A DNA stretch of 64,000 bases from Mizuhopecten yessoensis (lineage: Eukaryota), in NCBI RefSeq assembly GCF_002113885.1, contig NW_018408880.1, positions 1,728,966 to 1,792,965 of the forward strand, in the 5' to 3' direction. The notes beneath the pieces were generated by a model. The model searched no databases. It had not been told where the DNA came from and saw only the letters and a list, made by a program, of their open reading frames with translations. Below, piece by piece: positions 24,548-37,135 of the stretch. The stretch's first letter is position 1. Every line of letters starts with the position of its first letter. A program made the position numbers and the translations under genes.

Positions 24548-27500
24548 ATGTCGGACCAAATTGATGAATCTCCGCACCCCAATGGTGACCAAGAATCTGG
24601 CGAGGTCACAAAGTCTTCACCAGATAAGGATTTGGGATCCGAAGAACCAGACATGGAGAAAGATAGTTTAGATGGTGATTCAAATGATTTGAAATATTAT
24701 CAACCCGAGGCACAAGAGACTAATTACGACGGAGAAGCTTTGGATAAAAAGAATCCATTTCATGGCGCAACCGGATATGACGATGCATACAAACATTCGC
24801 CCCATTCTCAATCTGACTCTTTTGACTCGCTTAGCCAATCAAATTCAAGCACAAACGAAAATTCTGAATTAACAGCTCTTTTGCCTTCAACAGAATCGCA
24901 AGAGGCACACACCGGAAGAAACAAAAATGAGTCAAAATCACGACTTCCGGTGAAAAGTGCGTCGGGATTAATTCGAAAATCGTCATTGCCAAAACAAAAG
25001 ATAACAAGAGACATCAAAGTTTCAAAAAACATGACAAGGAGTAAAACAGTTGATTTAGCAAAGGGTGTTCTTTACCATGAAGACAGGAAAAAGCTTCCTC
25101 GCGGAGAATCGCAGACATGTTTAAACGATAATCACGGTGTGCGTGAGACTGTTACGAGTCGTATGCGTTTTGAAAAACGTCACATTCCACACGAACAAGA
25201 GTGTGACGGTGATGATTATATGACGCCAACACAGAGAAGGGACCAGTTGCTTAAGGACTTAAAAGTTCAGGTCAAGGAATTAACGAGTGAGATAGAGGCT
25301 CGAGATCAGCAGATAGAAAGACTGAAGCAGGATATAGATGAAGAAGCACGTAAGATAATTGAACAGAAGAATGAGGAGGCAAGGCTGCTTCAATCCAACC
25401 TCAACAGCCTGAAGACTGAACATGATGATCTGAAGATGTCTTATCAGAAATCCTTATGTAGCATTGTCGATTTGGAAGAAACCCTTTCCCAACTCAATGT
25501 AAGTACATGCATTTCGAGAGTTGAGAAGAGCAAGGGTATGACATGTCATTGCCTGTACTGAATGGATTGATTGCAGCATCTTTTATTACCCACGTCAAGA
25601 AATGACTGTTAATATTGAGTCAGTGTTCAACGAAGTCATTGTGTCCATTTTATGCGATGTTACAATCCAGGATCATCTTGTACGGGGTTAAACAATGCTC
25701 AAACAAGACAGGCGTGCGCGTGTCCTCTTTTTAAATCATGGGCATTTATCTCCCGTTTATTCATTTTTAGATGTTTTCTCGTCTCAAATCTCAAAAATCA
25801 GTGAAATCTCGTTAATCTGTCGGCAGCTTTAGATATTGACTCTTGTTATTCAGTCCAGAAAAAGTTTCAATTACGTTCCCAATATAATTTATATTGGGAA
25901 TGAATTATCAACCGATTTACACAATTCTTGTAACACTTTAAAGTGATCTTTCTTAAAGATAACGAAAACAAATACATCTCTAATAAAAGTGCATTTGAGT
26001 AAAATCCTACTATTTCTAGTAAAATTCTAAAACATGACGTCAACCACAATGTTGACAAGTGACCCAGCTGTGAACGTAGTGTATTTTTATTTTTTTCAAA
26101 AAACATTTTTTTCGAGAGTACTTTATAACAACATAAGGTACGATAATAAGTCTGAATATTTTTTTGGCAATCCTCAATATAAATGAACCAAATTGACTAA
26201 ACGTGATTACGTGCTGTAATGATGATCTGTATTAAATATCATATTATATAGAAAGTATTCGAAAGTCGAACTAGAGAGTTAAAAGCTCAGCAGTAATGAA
26301 CATTAAACAAGTGTCAATATGTTTCCATACTATTTGTGCAGTTCAGTTTTTATCGTTCAATACATGCTCCATATCAGTTAATACGTGCATGCGAATCAAT
26401 CCTATTCCCGAGAGTTAAGGGTGTGGTCATTTAAATGCATGTTTTTATCACTTTAAATCTGGGTCGATCTAATCACCTTGTTTCAGGAACGTATTGCGAG
26501 CCAGGAGAAACGGAATGAGCAGATTTACTTAGAAATGTATAAAAAGGGCCAGGAATCTTCCCAGTTCGAGCGGAATGTTGAAGTAAGTAAAACATAATAA
26601 TTACTACATAGGGCACATATGTAAATTGAATTTTTCATACTAATTGCATGTAAATAGTACGACTCCATGTAAATAGTAGGACTCAATGTAAATAGTGGAA
26701 TCCGTGCAAACTAAACAATATTGTTTTTCTGAATTATTGATCTGATATCTCTATTTTTATGGATACATACCACCAAGAGATAAAGAAACCATGTACAATA
26801 CACAATACGCTTACACGAGTATGTTATATATCACAGTAGGTAAATATTGATCTGGTCCATTGACTATAACACCATTAACTGGTTAGCTTAACATCAATTT
26901 ATCAAAATTTAGTTAAAAAACAAATTACCACTAACGTTTTTATGTATTATGATTCAAAATGCCAATCCTTAGAAAAAAGGTATACACAAATATTGGTAAC
27001 TTATATTCAATAGTATTTTGAAAATTTACTCTTAACAGTTTGTTAAGCAAACAAGACTTGAACGACCGTGCTCAGGTAACACGTGCAGTATATCTATAGA
27101 CAACCCAAACAAAACGTGATGTTTGTTCTCCATCTGGGTTTAGTATTGATGGCATTATACAATGACAATCTAGTCTTGGCCTCGAACTACTCGGTAGTGA
27201 AACAGACGTAAAACCAATCAATTAATCAGTTGGCCTCGGTTTCCTGAGCGTTCCTTAGCTAAAGTTACGATTTCCCCTTAATAAAAGCAATTCTTTCCCA
27301 ATATATATAGAGAAATTTACGTCAAAGAAACAACCTGTATCGATCTGTTTTGTTAAACCCAAGCGTAGTGGTTTAAAGTATTGTTATCGCGCTACAACTT
27401 TGGGAGCCGGCATAACGATTGCGTTGCAGTCGATATTGCATGGTTATTGAAATTCAAATTATAATAAATTACTTTATTAAGAAAATAAATAAAAAAGTTT

Positions 27501-29000
27501 TACTGGTGACAATACATATGTGTGGCGATAAAGCGTTCATTCAGGTATTTAGTTTGCAATTATATTATTGATCTGTATTCAGGACTATAAGATGTATATC
27601 CGAATACCGTACACGTGAATGCTACAGTGGAAACGAGATTTATGCGATTTTCGAATTATTATTCTGTATTATGTCGTAACTGACTAACTGGATATTGTAA
27701 AATTTATCAGTTTATCGTATGCAGCAAATTATGATAATAGTAGAATATGGTATAGGTGAATCCCTTTGCTTCGTTAACAACGCATGTAGACCATTCTCGA
27801 GAATACTTGAACTCGTGATTTAGCGAAAACAATTTCTATATTAATAGTAATTATTCTTGGAATTAATTTGTGCTGAAAATTTCCATTCGCGTAAGAGTGT
27901 CCTCGAATGCTTGCATTCGTGATATAGAGGAGGCTATTTCTTATTGAAATCTTCCGCACAAATTAATTCCAAGAATCCGCGAAAATTAATGCGTACATTA
28001 GTATCTCAGCAGAGTGATTTATAGTGTCACAGCTGTATGATACAATGAAGCTACGATCGAAGTCCGACATTGTGGACGATACGCTAATATATAGCTACGC
28101 TTACGGTATTAAGATGCAAGCACCCGGCATTTAAACGATCTAGTTGTGGTTTTAAATTGGGATGATGTCACTTCTGAAAGTGAAATATGATATAAAATTC
28201 GATTTTGATAATATGATATCCAACAACTCATCGTAAACCCATATACTAATATTCCCATTTCGCTGTATTTCTATATTAGTTTCGAAACAATCCAGACTTT
28301 AATTTTCTCCTTTTACCTCTATACCTCTGATGATTCGTTATGAATGCGAAGGCTATGCCCATATGGTACAGTGAAATGCTATTTACTGACTTTCTGCATC
28401 AACCAAAGAAGTTCTTAAATACAGTAAAACCTCGTTATACTGCCACCATTTGTACCAGATAAAATTTGGCGTTTGGCGATAAATTGAGAAAAATGTGTAA
28501 AGGAATTCTTAAGGAAACGAGAAAAGGGACATTGACATATATTGACGGTAAACGAGGTGGCAGATGAAACTGGGGGCATATTATATCGATGTTTCACTCT
28601 AAGTGTTTCGTTACTTAGTTATTTCTAGTGCTTAAACAAATTCATAAAGACTGACGTAGAATTATTGTTCTCTTCTGTCTAGCTGGAGCGTCTCGCTGTA
28701 AATGCTGAAAGTTCCAGTATGACAATGAATGAACTCATTAGAAAACTGGTGGTCACGGAATCCGAGCTGGCGAAATGGCAGTCTATTCGACGTCATGAGT
28801 CGTACGAGTCGGCAGAGAAACCGGAAACACAAGCGGATGTGACGTTGAGGTTCCTCAAAGACTCGTTCTTTCATTACCTAACAGATGTGAAGGAGTCCGA
28901 TCACCATCTTCGAGCCATGATCAGAATATTTAGCTTTACTGACGTACAGAGGAGGAAGATATCGGCATGCGTTACAGAAAAGCAGAACAAAAGTGCATGA
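24548..29000 (+). CDS. qtc: Quick-to-court-like coiled-coil protein with C-terminal GRIP-like domain, 454 aa, 3 coding exons
   Basis: Exons 24548-25498 (disordered N-terminus, SRLP, YMTPTQRR, coiled coil; donor AAT|GTAAGT), 26487-26582 (ERIASQEKRNEQIYLEMYKKGQESSQFERNVE) and 28683-29000 (...TLRFLKDSFFHYLTDVKESDHHLRAMIRIFSFT...*). Phase-0 GT-AG introns. MYxKGQE and TLxFLK..F.YLTD...HLxA..I resemble insect quick-to-court and GRIP domains (recalled, not searched). Confidence 0.75.
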
Positions 29001-29033
29001 TCCTCCTAACTTGTTGAATTCTTTTGTTTTTGA

Positions 29034-29275
29034 TATTTCGTCTTTTCGTATTGCAGAGTTATCTGCTCTTGATAGCAGGTATTGATTGTTACGTCATTTG
29101 TTTTTGAGAGTAACGTCATCATTTTTTGAGAAAACGACGTAATTGTCTCACACAAACTAATGACGTAACAATCAATACATGCTTACAAGAGCAATTAACT
29201 CTGCAGTACGAAAAGACGTAAGAATCAATACATGCTCACAAGAGCAGATAACTCTGCAATACGAAAAGACGGAAT
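29034..29275. mobile_element. Foldback MITE family C with duplicated right arm, in the qtc-like 3'UTR
   Basis: Homologous to 19133-19313; AATCAATACATGCT.ACAAGAGCA...ACGAAAAGACG occurs twice (29170-29218 and 29222-29275). Confidence 0.85.
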
Positions 29276-29948
29276 AGTCACTTCTAATTTGAAACAATGA
29301 ACACGCACCTTTCAATACAACTGAATGCACTTCTTTTACTCACCGATTGTTTGGTAAATCCTGGTATTTATATCACGGTACATAACATTACAAGGCCTCG
29401 GGATCATGCGTTGAAATGTTGTGTAATGTCTCAGCTAGGTATCAAAATGCTATTTGATACACAGGTACTACTGTATTGTAAATATGGATATTTTCACCAT
29501 TATATCATGAAAAGGAGAATTGCTTTAATTGAAATTTGACTTAAACCTAGCACTTATTTTTGATCCCAGGGCTAAAACGTAATAATATTCTATCACACCA
29601 GAACTCCAATCTCTGCTTTCTAGAGTACCACTTGTTCTATAGCATATATGTTCTCGTTTTCTACATTTGTGTGTTATCTTCAATTATTGTTCTTTTCCTT
29701 AATTCAAAAATTAATGATGTTTCTCGTCCTTCTTGTTAGCAGCCCCATTACGCGTTTCCATCAATTAATCCATTAATTTCTTTATAACGCTAGTATTTCA
29801 CCTGATTACTGATGGCAGTGTAACGAAATTTTAATGCATTTCGTTTTTGTTTTATGCAGGGGTCGACAAAGTCTTTATATCTTTTTACATATCTCCGATT
29901 TCCGATGATTGCTTCGCATCTGCCTACTGTTTATATTTTGTCCTTGCG

Positions 29949-31861
29949 TTTTTAGCTCACCTGGTCCGAAGGACCATGGTGAACTATATGCCATACCGTA
30001 GCGTCCGTCGTCCGTCCGTCCGTCCATCAGCTTTTCCTTTAAAACGCTACTAGTCATGAACGACTGAGCAGACTCTGACTAAATTTGGTCAGAAGCATCC
30101 TTGCGGGATAGGGAACAAATTTTGTATAAATGGTAGGTGTGGCCCCCCTCGGGACTGAGGGGCGGGGCCCAATAGGGGAAATATAACAATGTCTATAAAA
30201 TCCTTCTTCTGTAGGAATGAAAGGATTTTTTTATCATATTTGGTCAGAAGCATCCTTGGGTGAAGGGGAACACATTTTGTATAAACGGTGGGTCTGGCCC
30301 CCATGGGGGCTGAGGGGCGGGGCCCAATAGGGGAAATATAACAATGTCTTTAAAATCCTTCTTCTTCTGTAGGAATGAAAGGATTTGGTCCATACTTGGT
30401 GTGGAGCATCCTTGGGTAAAGGGGAAATAATATTGTATAAACGGTGGGTCTGGCCCCCATGGGGGCTGAGGGGCGGGGCCCAATAGGGGGAAAATAACAA
30501 TGTCTTTAAAATCCTTCTTCCTCTGTAGGAATGAAAGGATTTTTTTATCATATTTGGTCAGAAGCATCCTTGGGTGAAGGGGAACACATTTTGTATAAAC
30601 GGTGGGTCTGGTCCCCATGGGGGCTGAGGGGCGTGGCCCAATAGGAGAAATATACCAAATTATTCTTTAAAATCCTTCTTCAGTAGGAATGAAAGGATTT
30701 GTTCCATATTTGGTCTGAAGTATCTTTGGGTGAAGGGGAACCAATTTTGTATAAACGGTATGTCTGACCCCCCTGGATGCAGTGATGCGGGGCCCAATAG
30801 GGGAAATAGAAAAGTCTTCTTCTACCATAGGGATTAAGGGATTTTATCCTAGTTTAGTCTGAAGCATCCTTGGGCCAAGGGGACTCAATTTGGTATAAAC
30901 AGTTGGTATGGTCTCCCAGGGGGCAGAAGGGCGGGGCTAAATAGGAAAAATAGAGGAATAACCTTTAAAATCCTTCTTCTTCTGCAGGAATGAAAGGATT
31001 TGGTCCGTACTTGGTGTGGAGCATCCTTGGGTAAAGGGGAAAAAATTTTGTATAAACGGTGGGTCTGGTCCCCATGGGGGCTGAGGGGCGGGGCCCAATA
31101 GGGGAAATAGAGGTAAAACCTTTATAATCCTTCTTCTCCCATAGGGTTAAGGGATTTTATCCCGATTTAGTCTGGAGCATCTTTGGGCAAAAGGGACTCA
31201 ATTTTGTATAAACAGCGAGTGTGGCCCCCCTGGGGACAGAAGGGAGGAGCACAATAGGGGAAACAGCAAATTCTTCAAAATTCTTCTTCTTCTGTAGGAA
31301 TGACAAGATTTGTCCAAATTTGGAATGAAGCATCCTTGGGTGAAGGGGAACCAATTTTGTAAAAACGGTGTGTCTGACCCCCCTGGAGGCAGAGATGCGG
31401 GGCCAAATAGGGGGAATAGAAAATTCTTCTTCTACCATAGGGATTAAGGGATTTTTTCCCAGTTTAGTCTGAAGCATCCTTGGGCCAAGAAGACTCAATT
31501 TGGTATAAGCAGAGGGTGTGGTATCCCAGGGGTAAAAGGGCGGGCCCAATAGGAAAAACAGAGGTAAAACCTTTAAAACCCTTCTTCGGCCATTCGGATT
31601 AAGGGAGTTTATCCTTTTTTTAGTCTGGAGCATCCTTGGGCCGAGGGGACTCAATTTTGTATAAACGGTGGGTATGACCCCCTTAGGGGCATAGGGGAGG
31701 GGCTCTGTTTGAAGTTTGTTCTCGCTATATCTCAAGTACTGGATGGATCTTTCTGAAATTTCATATGTACTTACAGCACCTACCATGGAGTGCTATATCT
31801 ATATATACTTCGTTCCGATTATTTTAAACATATTCAGGTGAGCGATACAGGCCCTCTTGTT
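29949..31861 (+). mobile_element. Full-length Helentron-associated (HINE-like) non-autonomous element with ~11 tandem ~145-158-bp core repeats
   Basis: 5' TTTTTAGCTCACCTG, hairpin GGTCCGAAGGACC, (CGTC)n microsatellite, core marker TTGTATAAACGGT recurring every ~150 bp, and 3' CAGGTGAGCGATACAGGCCCTCTTGTT (subterminal IR GCTCACCTG/CAGGTGAGC). Confidence 0.8.
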
Positions 31862-34800
31862 GTTCTCTCTTCTTCATTGAGAAAATGACAAAAAAAAAAT
31901 GTAAAATAGTTTTGTTTTATACAAGCGTTATGTATTCCTATGACGTATGTCACGAGCACTATTTAAGTATGCAAGTCTGGTTTTATTCAAAGATCAGCAA
32001 TCAAAAGGGAGCAGGGGCTACAGGATAATGTGTTTTAAATGTTTAATCATTATATTTCAGATATTTTCAAGGAAGGATAATCTTGATATGTTCTTGAAAT
32101 TTTTTAATTGTGAAATATGAAACTTTGATGATGATCAAACCCGTATGCTTTTGTTCTGTTATTTTTAATCATTTGCACAATAGTTTCTTTACAAATTAAT
32201 ATAATCACATTGATATATCGTATCACTTTATAACTTACTTGTCTGTTGGTTTGAGTTGTGCTACTCCTGCTTAAATACTTTGAAAATTAAAATAGAATCT
32301 AAGACCGTCATTGTTGTTTTATCTATAAAAATAGGCCACATAAACCTGTTGCTTTTAAGCCATTTAGTATTTTTTTAGTTTGAAGTTTGTTTTTGAATTA
32401 ATTTGGAATGAAGTGTAATAATAAATTAAACTAATATGGGCACAGAAGAATGAAATCAGACGGAGTAGGAACATTTTGCATAATTAAGTAACAGATCGCC
32501 TCATAGGTTCATCCGTCAACTCATACCAGGAAACGGGGTAGGAGTGTACGACGCATACGTTATCCATACACCCTGTTCTAGTGGGCACTTTTATTCAGAG
32601 ACCGTCTGTGTTAAGGCACGGACTTAGATATATCTAATCTAATTCCGTGGTTAAGGGAACACTTTTTGGAGTCCACGGCGATGGTCTCTGAACATTGGTT
32701 CGACTGTAGTTTATGTTAACGTAAATGGCTGCTATATTCCTCTCATTTAATCCGTATTCCATGACACCATAATATACCGAGAAATTTAAACTATGGTATT
32801 ACCAATCATTTAGACATTCACAAATGAATTCATAAATAAAATTGCATTCCATAAACGACGGTTGCATCACGAATGACTGCATGCTAATTTTAATAGCAAT
32901 TTGATGTTACAACGGCCGTGGAAAGTTGATATCATGAGCCTCCTTACTCTATTCAGGAACCTGGTTTCACATTCCAATTGGTTTGAGGGCTAATGATTGT
33001 GATGTCTTTCATTGGGAATTTATGTCTCCTAAATTATTGACCTCATTTCAAATGACATAAAGAAAGGATGTCTTCTGTGACATAAATAATTATTGCATTT
33101 AATCTCAACAACAAATTACATACACCAATGAAATTCGCCGACTTGTGCAACATTATTTCGGCGTGTTCGATTATGCTCATTGGTGTGTCTCATGGTTTCA
33201 TTGCCATTACCCCGGTACCCTCCTCGAGAACGTTACATAATTTGGATTTGACTTAAGATTTCTGGCGAACTTCGTCTGATAAATTTGTTTTTGACATTTT
33301 TTCAAGAACTCCCGTGTCATTTTTTCCTTCATTTATATTTTACTCTGTCAATCTGAAATGTAGATTTTTAAAAACAACAACACAATACAGCGTTCTCATA
33401 TTTTAACTCTTCATCAGCTAACATTACAATATAGCAATGCAATATACCAACGGCAAATAGAATCAAACAACAAAAAACACGTGCTTACTTGCATATACGA
33501 CCAATGGATAATGATAAACATACTGCCAATTATATTTATCAAATTAACCCAACAACATCCAACACATGTAACGTTGGATCACGACACAGGTATGGTTTCG
33601 GTGTATGCTCGAAATTGACGATCTACCAGACAACATGTTGACATATCAGGTCTTTTACTGTAGTCCACTAAAACTGATCATACTTTTCAGCTTTCAAAAT
33701 TCTGATTAGATTAAAACTAGCGACAAAATAAAATGTATAAGCCTGTCATTATGGGGAATCCGACCGATTAGAATGTTTAAGTCTGCAATTATGGGGTATC
33801 CGAGCTACTCTAATGCTTAAATAATGTTAGCCTGCAATGTTTGGGGTAGTCGACAGATTAGAATTTTTAAGCCTGCAATTATGATCAGTTCTTGCGGATT
33901 ACCGTTACTTTAGTCGTACGGATGAGTAACTGTAACATTTCATACATTGAACATGTCTTAAATATTGCACATCACAATACAAAATGTAAATGAAAATGTA
34001 CACATCCATTGCATCGCTGAAAAATAGCCCAATAATAAATAATGCAGCCTGAAGCTAAATGAATTTTAAATTAAAAAGGAAAATAATGAAAATAAGAATA
34101 AATCTTAACCATGAGGTTTTTTTTATATTACAATTCGTGGTTTTTTTAAATAAAATAAAATAAAAGACAGATAACATACTGAAAACGTAAATAATTTAGC
34201 GGTGATGTTATTTTAGCGATTTTTCTCTTAAAAAATTGCTCTTTATTATGACTGCACTAATTGAAGTTTCAGTACATTTGTATATTGCTTACTATACATA
34301 AGTAATTTTTGACATTTGTTTTGACTATTGTCCAAGTCTTTTCGTGATTATAGAACATGTTATTGAAACTATTAAATAAAACAAAACAGTTAGTTTACAT
34401 GCTTCAAGAGTGGCCTAATACAATCAGCTGTATCCACACCAGAACAGGAAACATGGAAAATACGGTAAATAAGCTCCCAACATTTGTCGATCAATAAATT
34501 TTTATTTAACACAAATGTTATCCATAGTGTATAATATGCTATAACTCTATAACGACACTTTACGAAAATTGCGTAATGCAAACGAAAATTTCAATATAAT
34601 ATTTGGGTAACAATTAAAACAATACCAATCATGAAAATCAAACAATAGCCCATCGTAGCACTACTGGTGCTAATATAACTTACTAATATATAAAATAGCG
34701 TACACAACTGGTGTATAAATAGAAATGAAACTTATATAGATATATATATATATATATTTAAATACTTTATGTGATATTTCAAATCGGCAACATAAATTTG

Positions 34801-36847
34801 TTTTCTGCTACTTATCAATGATTTATATATAGAAGACTGTTGTCTTTAAAAGAAAGTTTATCACAAATATTTTGCATTCATTTGATAAGTGCTTGGTGTA
34901 GAAACTGTTGTTTTTTTAATTCGTGCAATTAAAACGTAGACATTTTCGTGTTTATTTGATACACTGCAGAAAAAAATAAAAATAAACGACAAAAATATAA
35001 CGAACAAATTGGAGGACATTTTAACTGGAAATTCATGAGCATCGACACCGTTTCAAAAATATTTCAGTATTTGTCGCGTCTTTAAAAATAAGGAATAAAG
35101 CTAACGACTAACTATTAAGGACCCAATGAATGCAGTGCCGTTTTTCACTCCAACAGAATAACTAAGATGATAACGAATTAGTTTCGTATTTAGTACATAA
35201 TTCATATTGAGCATTAATGAGTTTTAAATACGAAATATCGTATGAATATAATGTTCTCGTTGACATTATTTAGGTAAGTTACAAACCATTTGATATCTTA
35301 AATTTAAAATAGTCTTAATATTTCATTTTATGGAAAACAAACATTGCATTAACTGATTCAGACAAATGCGAAAGGAATACAAGAAATTTATGGAACTTCA
35401 AGTTTCCGTCATTGACCGTTTCAATGGTTCTTGCTTCGAATCCTTGCAATGCATGCGTGTACAAATGCAGATCATCAAAACTTGCAACATTAACTCTTCT
35501 CAGACGTGTTAAATAAAATATTAAGAAATTAAATTCCAACTCGCTTGCACTAATAAATAAAACTGAAATCATACGTCTATATCTGCTAAATAATAGTTAG
35601 CTTATATATGTACTACTTATCTATAAAACATGTTTACACGACATAAATTCTTGGTTAAATGTAATATAATTATAATCTCTTCAATGATAACAAATAAGGT
35701 CAAGGTCACTCAGTATTGCAAAGGTCAAATATGTGTTTAGTTCTAAGCATGAGTCAAATAAAATGTCGTGTTGATTTCTGACTTCAACAAACAAGTATTC
35801 CAAGACTGAATTCAATCTGATTTTTCTCTAACCTGAAATGTCAGAAAATGGTAGATGTGTACATGCAGACTACAATGAACATTATCAACACATGTACATC
35901 TTCTAGTCACACAAACAATCGTCAGGTATGACAATTGCATTGTGACCCATAGAGCAATATCTATATAACGAACTTCTGACCTTAGCTATACTGAGTGCCC
36001 TTGAGATAATCTTATAACAATAAATTATGACAACATACATAACATTCAACACAGCACAACCAGTGCAGATACAACTCAAAACACATCTGGAGACCAAATA
36101 ACAAACGCTATAGCTTGCATCCACTCCGCTCCCCATATAATATTACTGTATACCTGGAACTGATCCAGAAATGTTGTAAGGGGTACTTATCACCTTTTAT
36201 TCTATTTTTACCTATTTGGATTACAAACATCCTGTATAAGAATAAATTTTAAAGTGAGTGATGAAATAAAAAATGAATATTGATGGAAAAAATGTAGTAA
36301 GTTTCAATGTTTATGGGTAAATAACCATTTTAGTGTCTATGCCGTTTCATTTCTTTCATTTTTATTCATTTATTTATTTTAATAAATGTATGGAAGTATG
36401 AAGCTGTACCCAAGACCCCAAGGTCCCTCCCACTAGATCCAACTCTGTTTAGCAAATTAATATACAATGCAACTTTGTAATAAAAAAAAATCCCTAGTCC
36501 AAACCATTATTACTTCTAATTAATAGGGCCGTCAGGTTTACCGTCAATAAGCCAATAAGCCCAGTGGTAGATACCATTATTTCGCCCTAATTGTTGCCAT
36601 TTACCACGTAACTGTATGCACATGAGGGCCATTTGATCTGGGGGGTAAATGCGAGGAGTCACTTGAATAAATGCCTTCAGATATACCTAGATGAATAGGG
36701 AATTTAACTACAAACGAGGCCCCTACAACAATTTTGAGGTAGTCATTTGTTGCCACAGGACAATAGCCGAAATATCCTCCTGGAATTAATACTACCCATG
36801 AATGATTGAACGATTACATGGAGTTAACAGCTCTGGAAAGGTAGTCT

Positions 36848-36942
36848 TTAACCCTTTCACCACTGTAGACCATAATGGACTCATCCATATCAATGCATGG
36901 TAACTAGAGTCTACTCAAATTACATAGGGGTGAAAGGGTTAA
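36848..36942. mobile_element. ~90-bp piggyBac-like MITE family B
   Basis: TTAA|CCCTTTCACC ... GGTGAAAGGG|TTAA; second copy in reverse at 39505-39598. Confidence 0.85.
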
Positions 36943-37004
36943 AATATTCAATTTGGCATGTGTATTGTCCTCGTCTCCGAAATCAACAACTTTCAATCAA
37001 TCCT

Positions 37005-37135
37005 CACCCAGATGTGCTGTTCCTTATACTCACTTACACTGTAAATATTACACTGTAAATATTACACTGTAATGTAAATATTACACTGTAAATATTTACA
37101 GTGTAAGCCAGTGTAAGGAACAACAACTCTGGGTG
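37005..37135. repeat. Palindromic element with internal 14-bp tandem (TTACACTGTAAATA)
   Basis: CACCCAGA..TGTTCCTTA.ACT..CTTACACTGTAAATA versus TATTTACAGTGTAAG..AGTGTAAGGAACA..TCTGGGTG. Confidence 0.8.

Noticed and set aside
25499-25561. C-terminal VSTCISRVEK... of the 337-aa ORF
   Set aside because: Intron read-through past the GTAAGT donor at 25499; the real CDS continues at 26487.
30089-31786. ORFs of 71-209 aa with repeated PLLGP/YTK motifs
   Set aside because: Translations of HINE core repeats; no Rep/helicase or transposase motifs.
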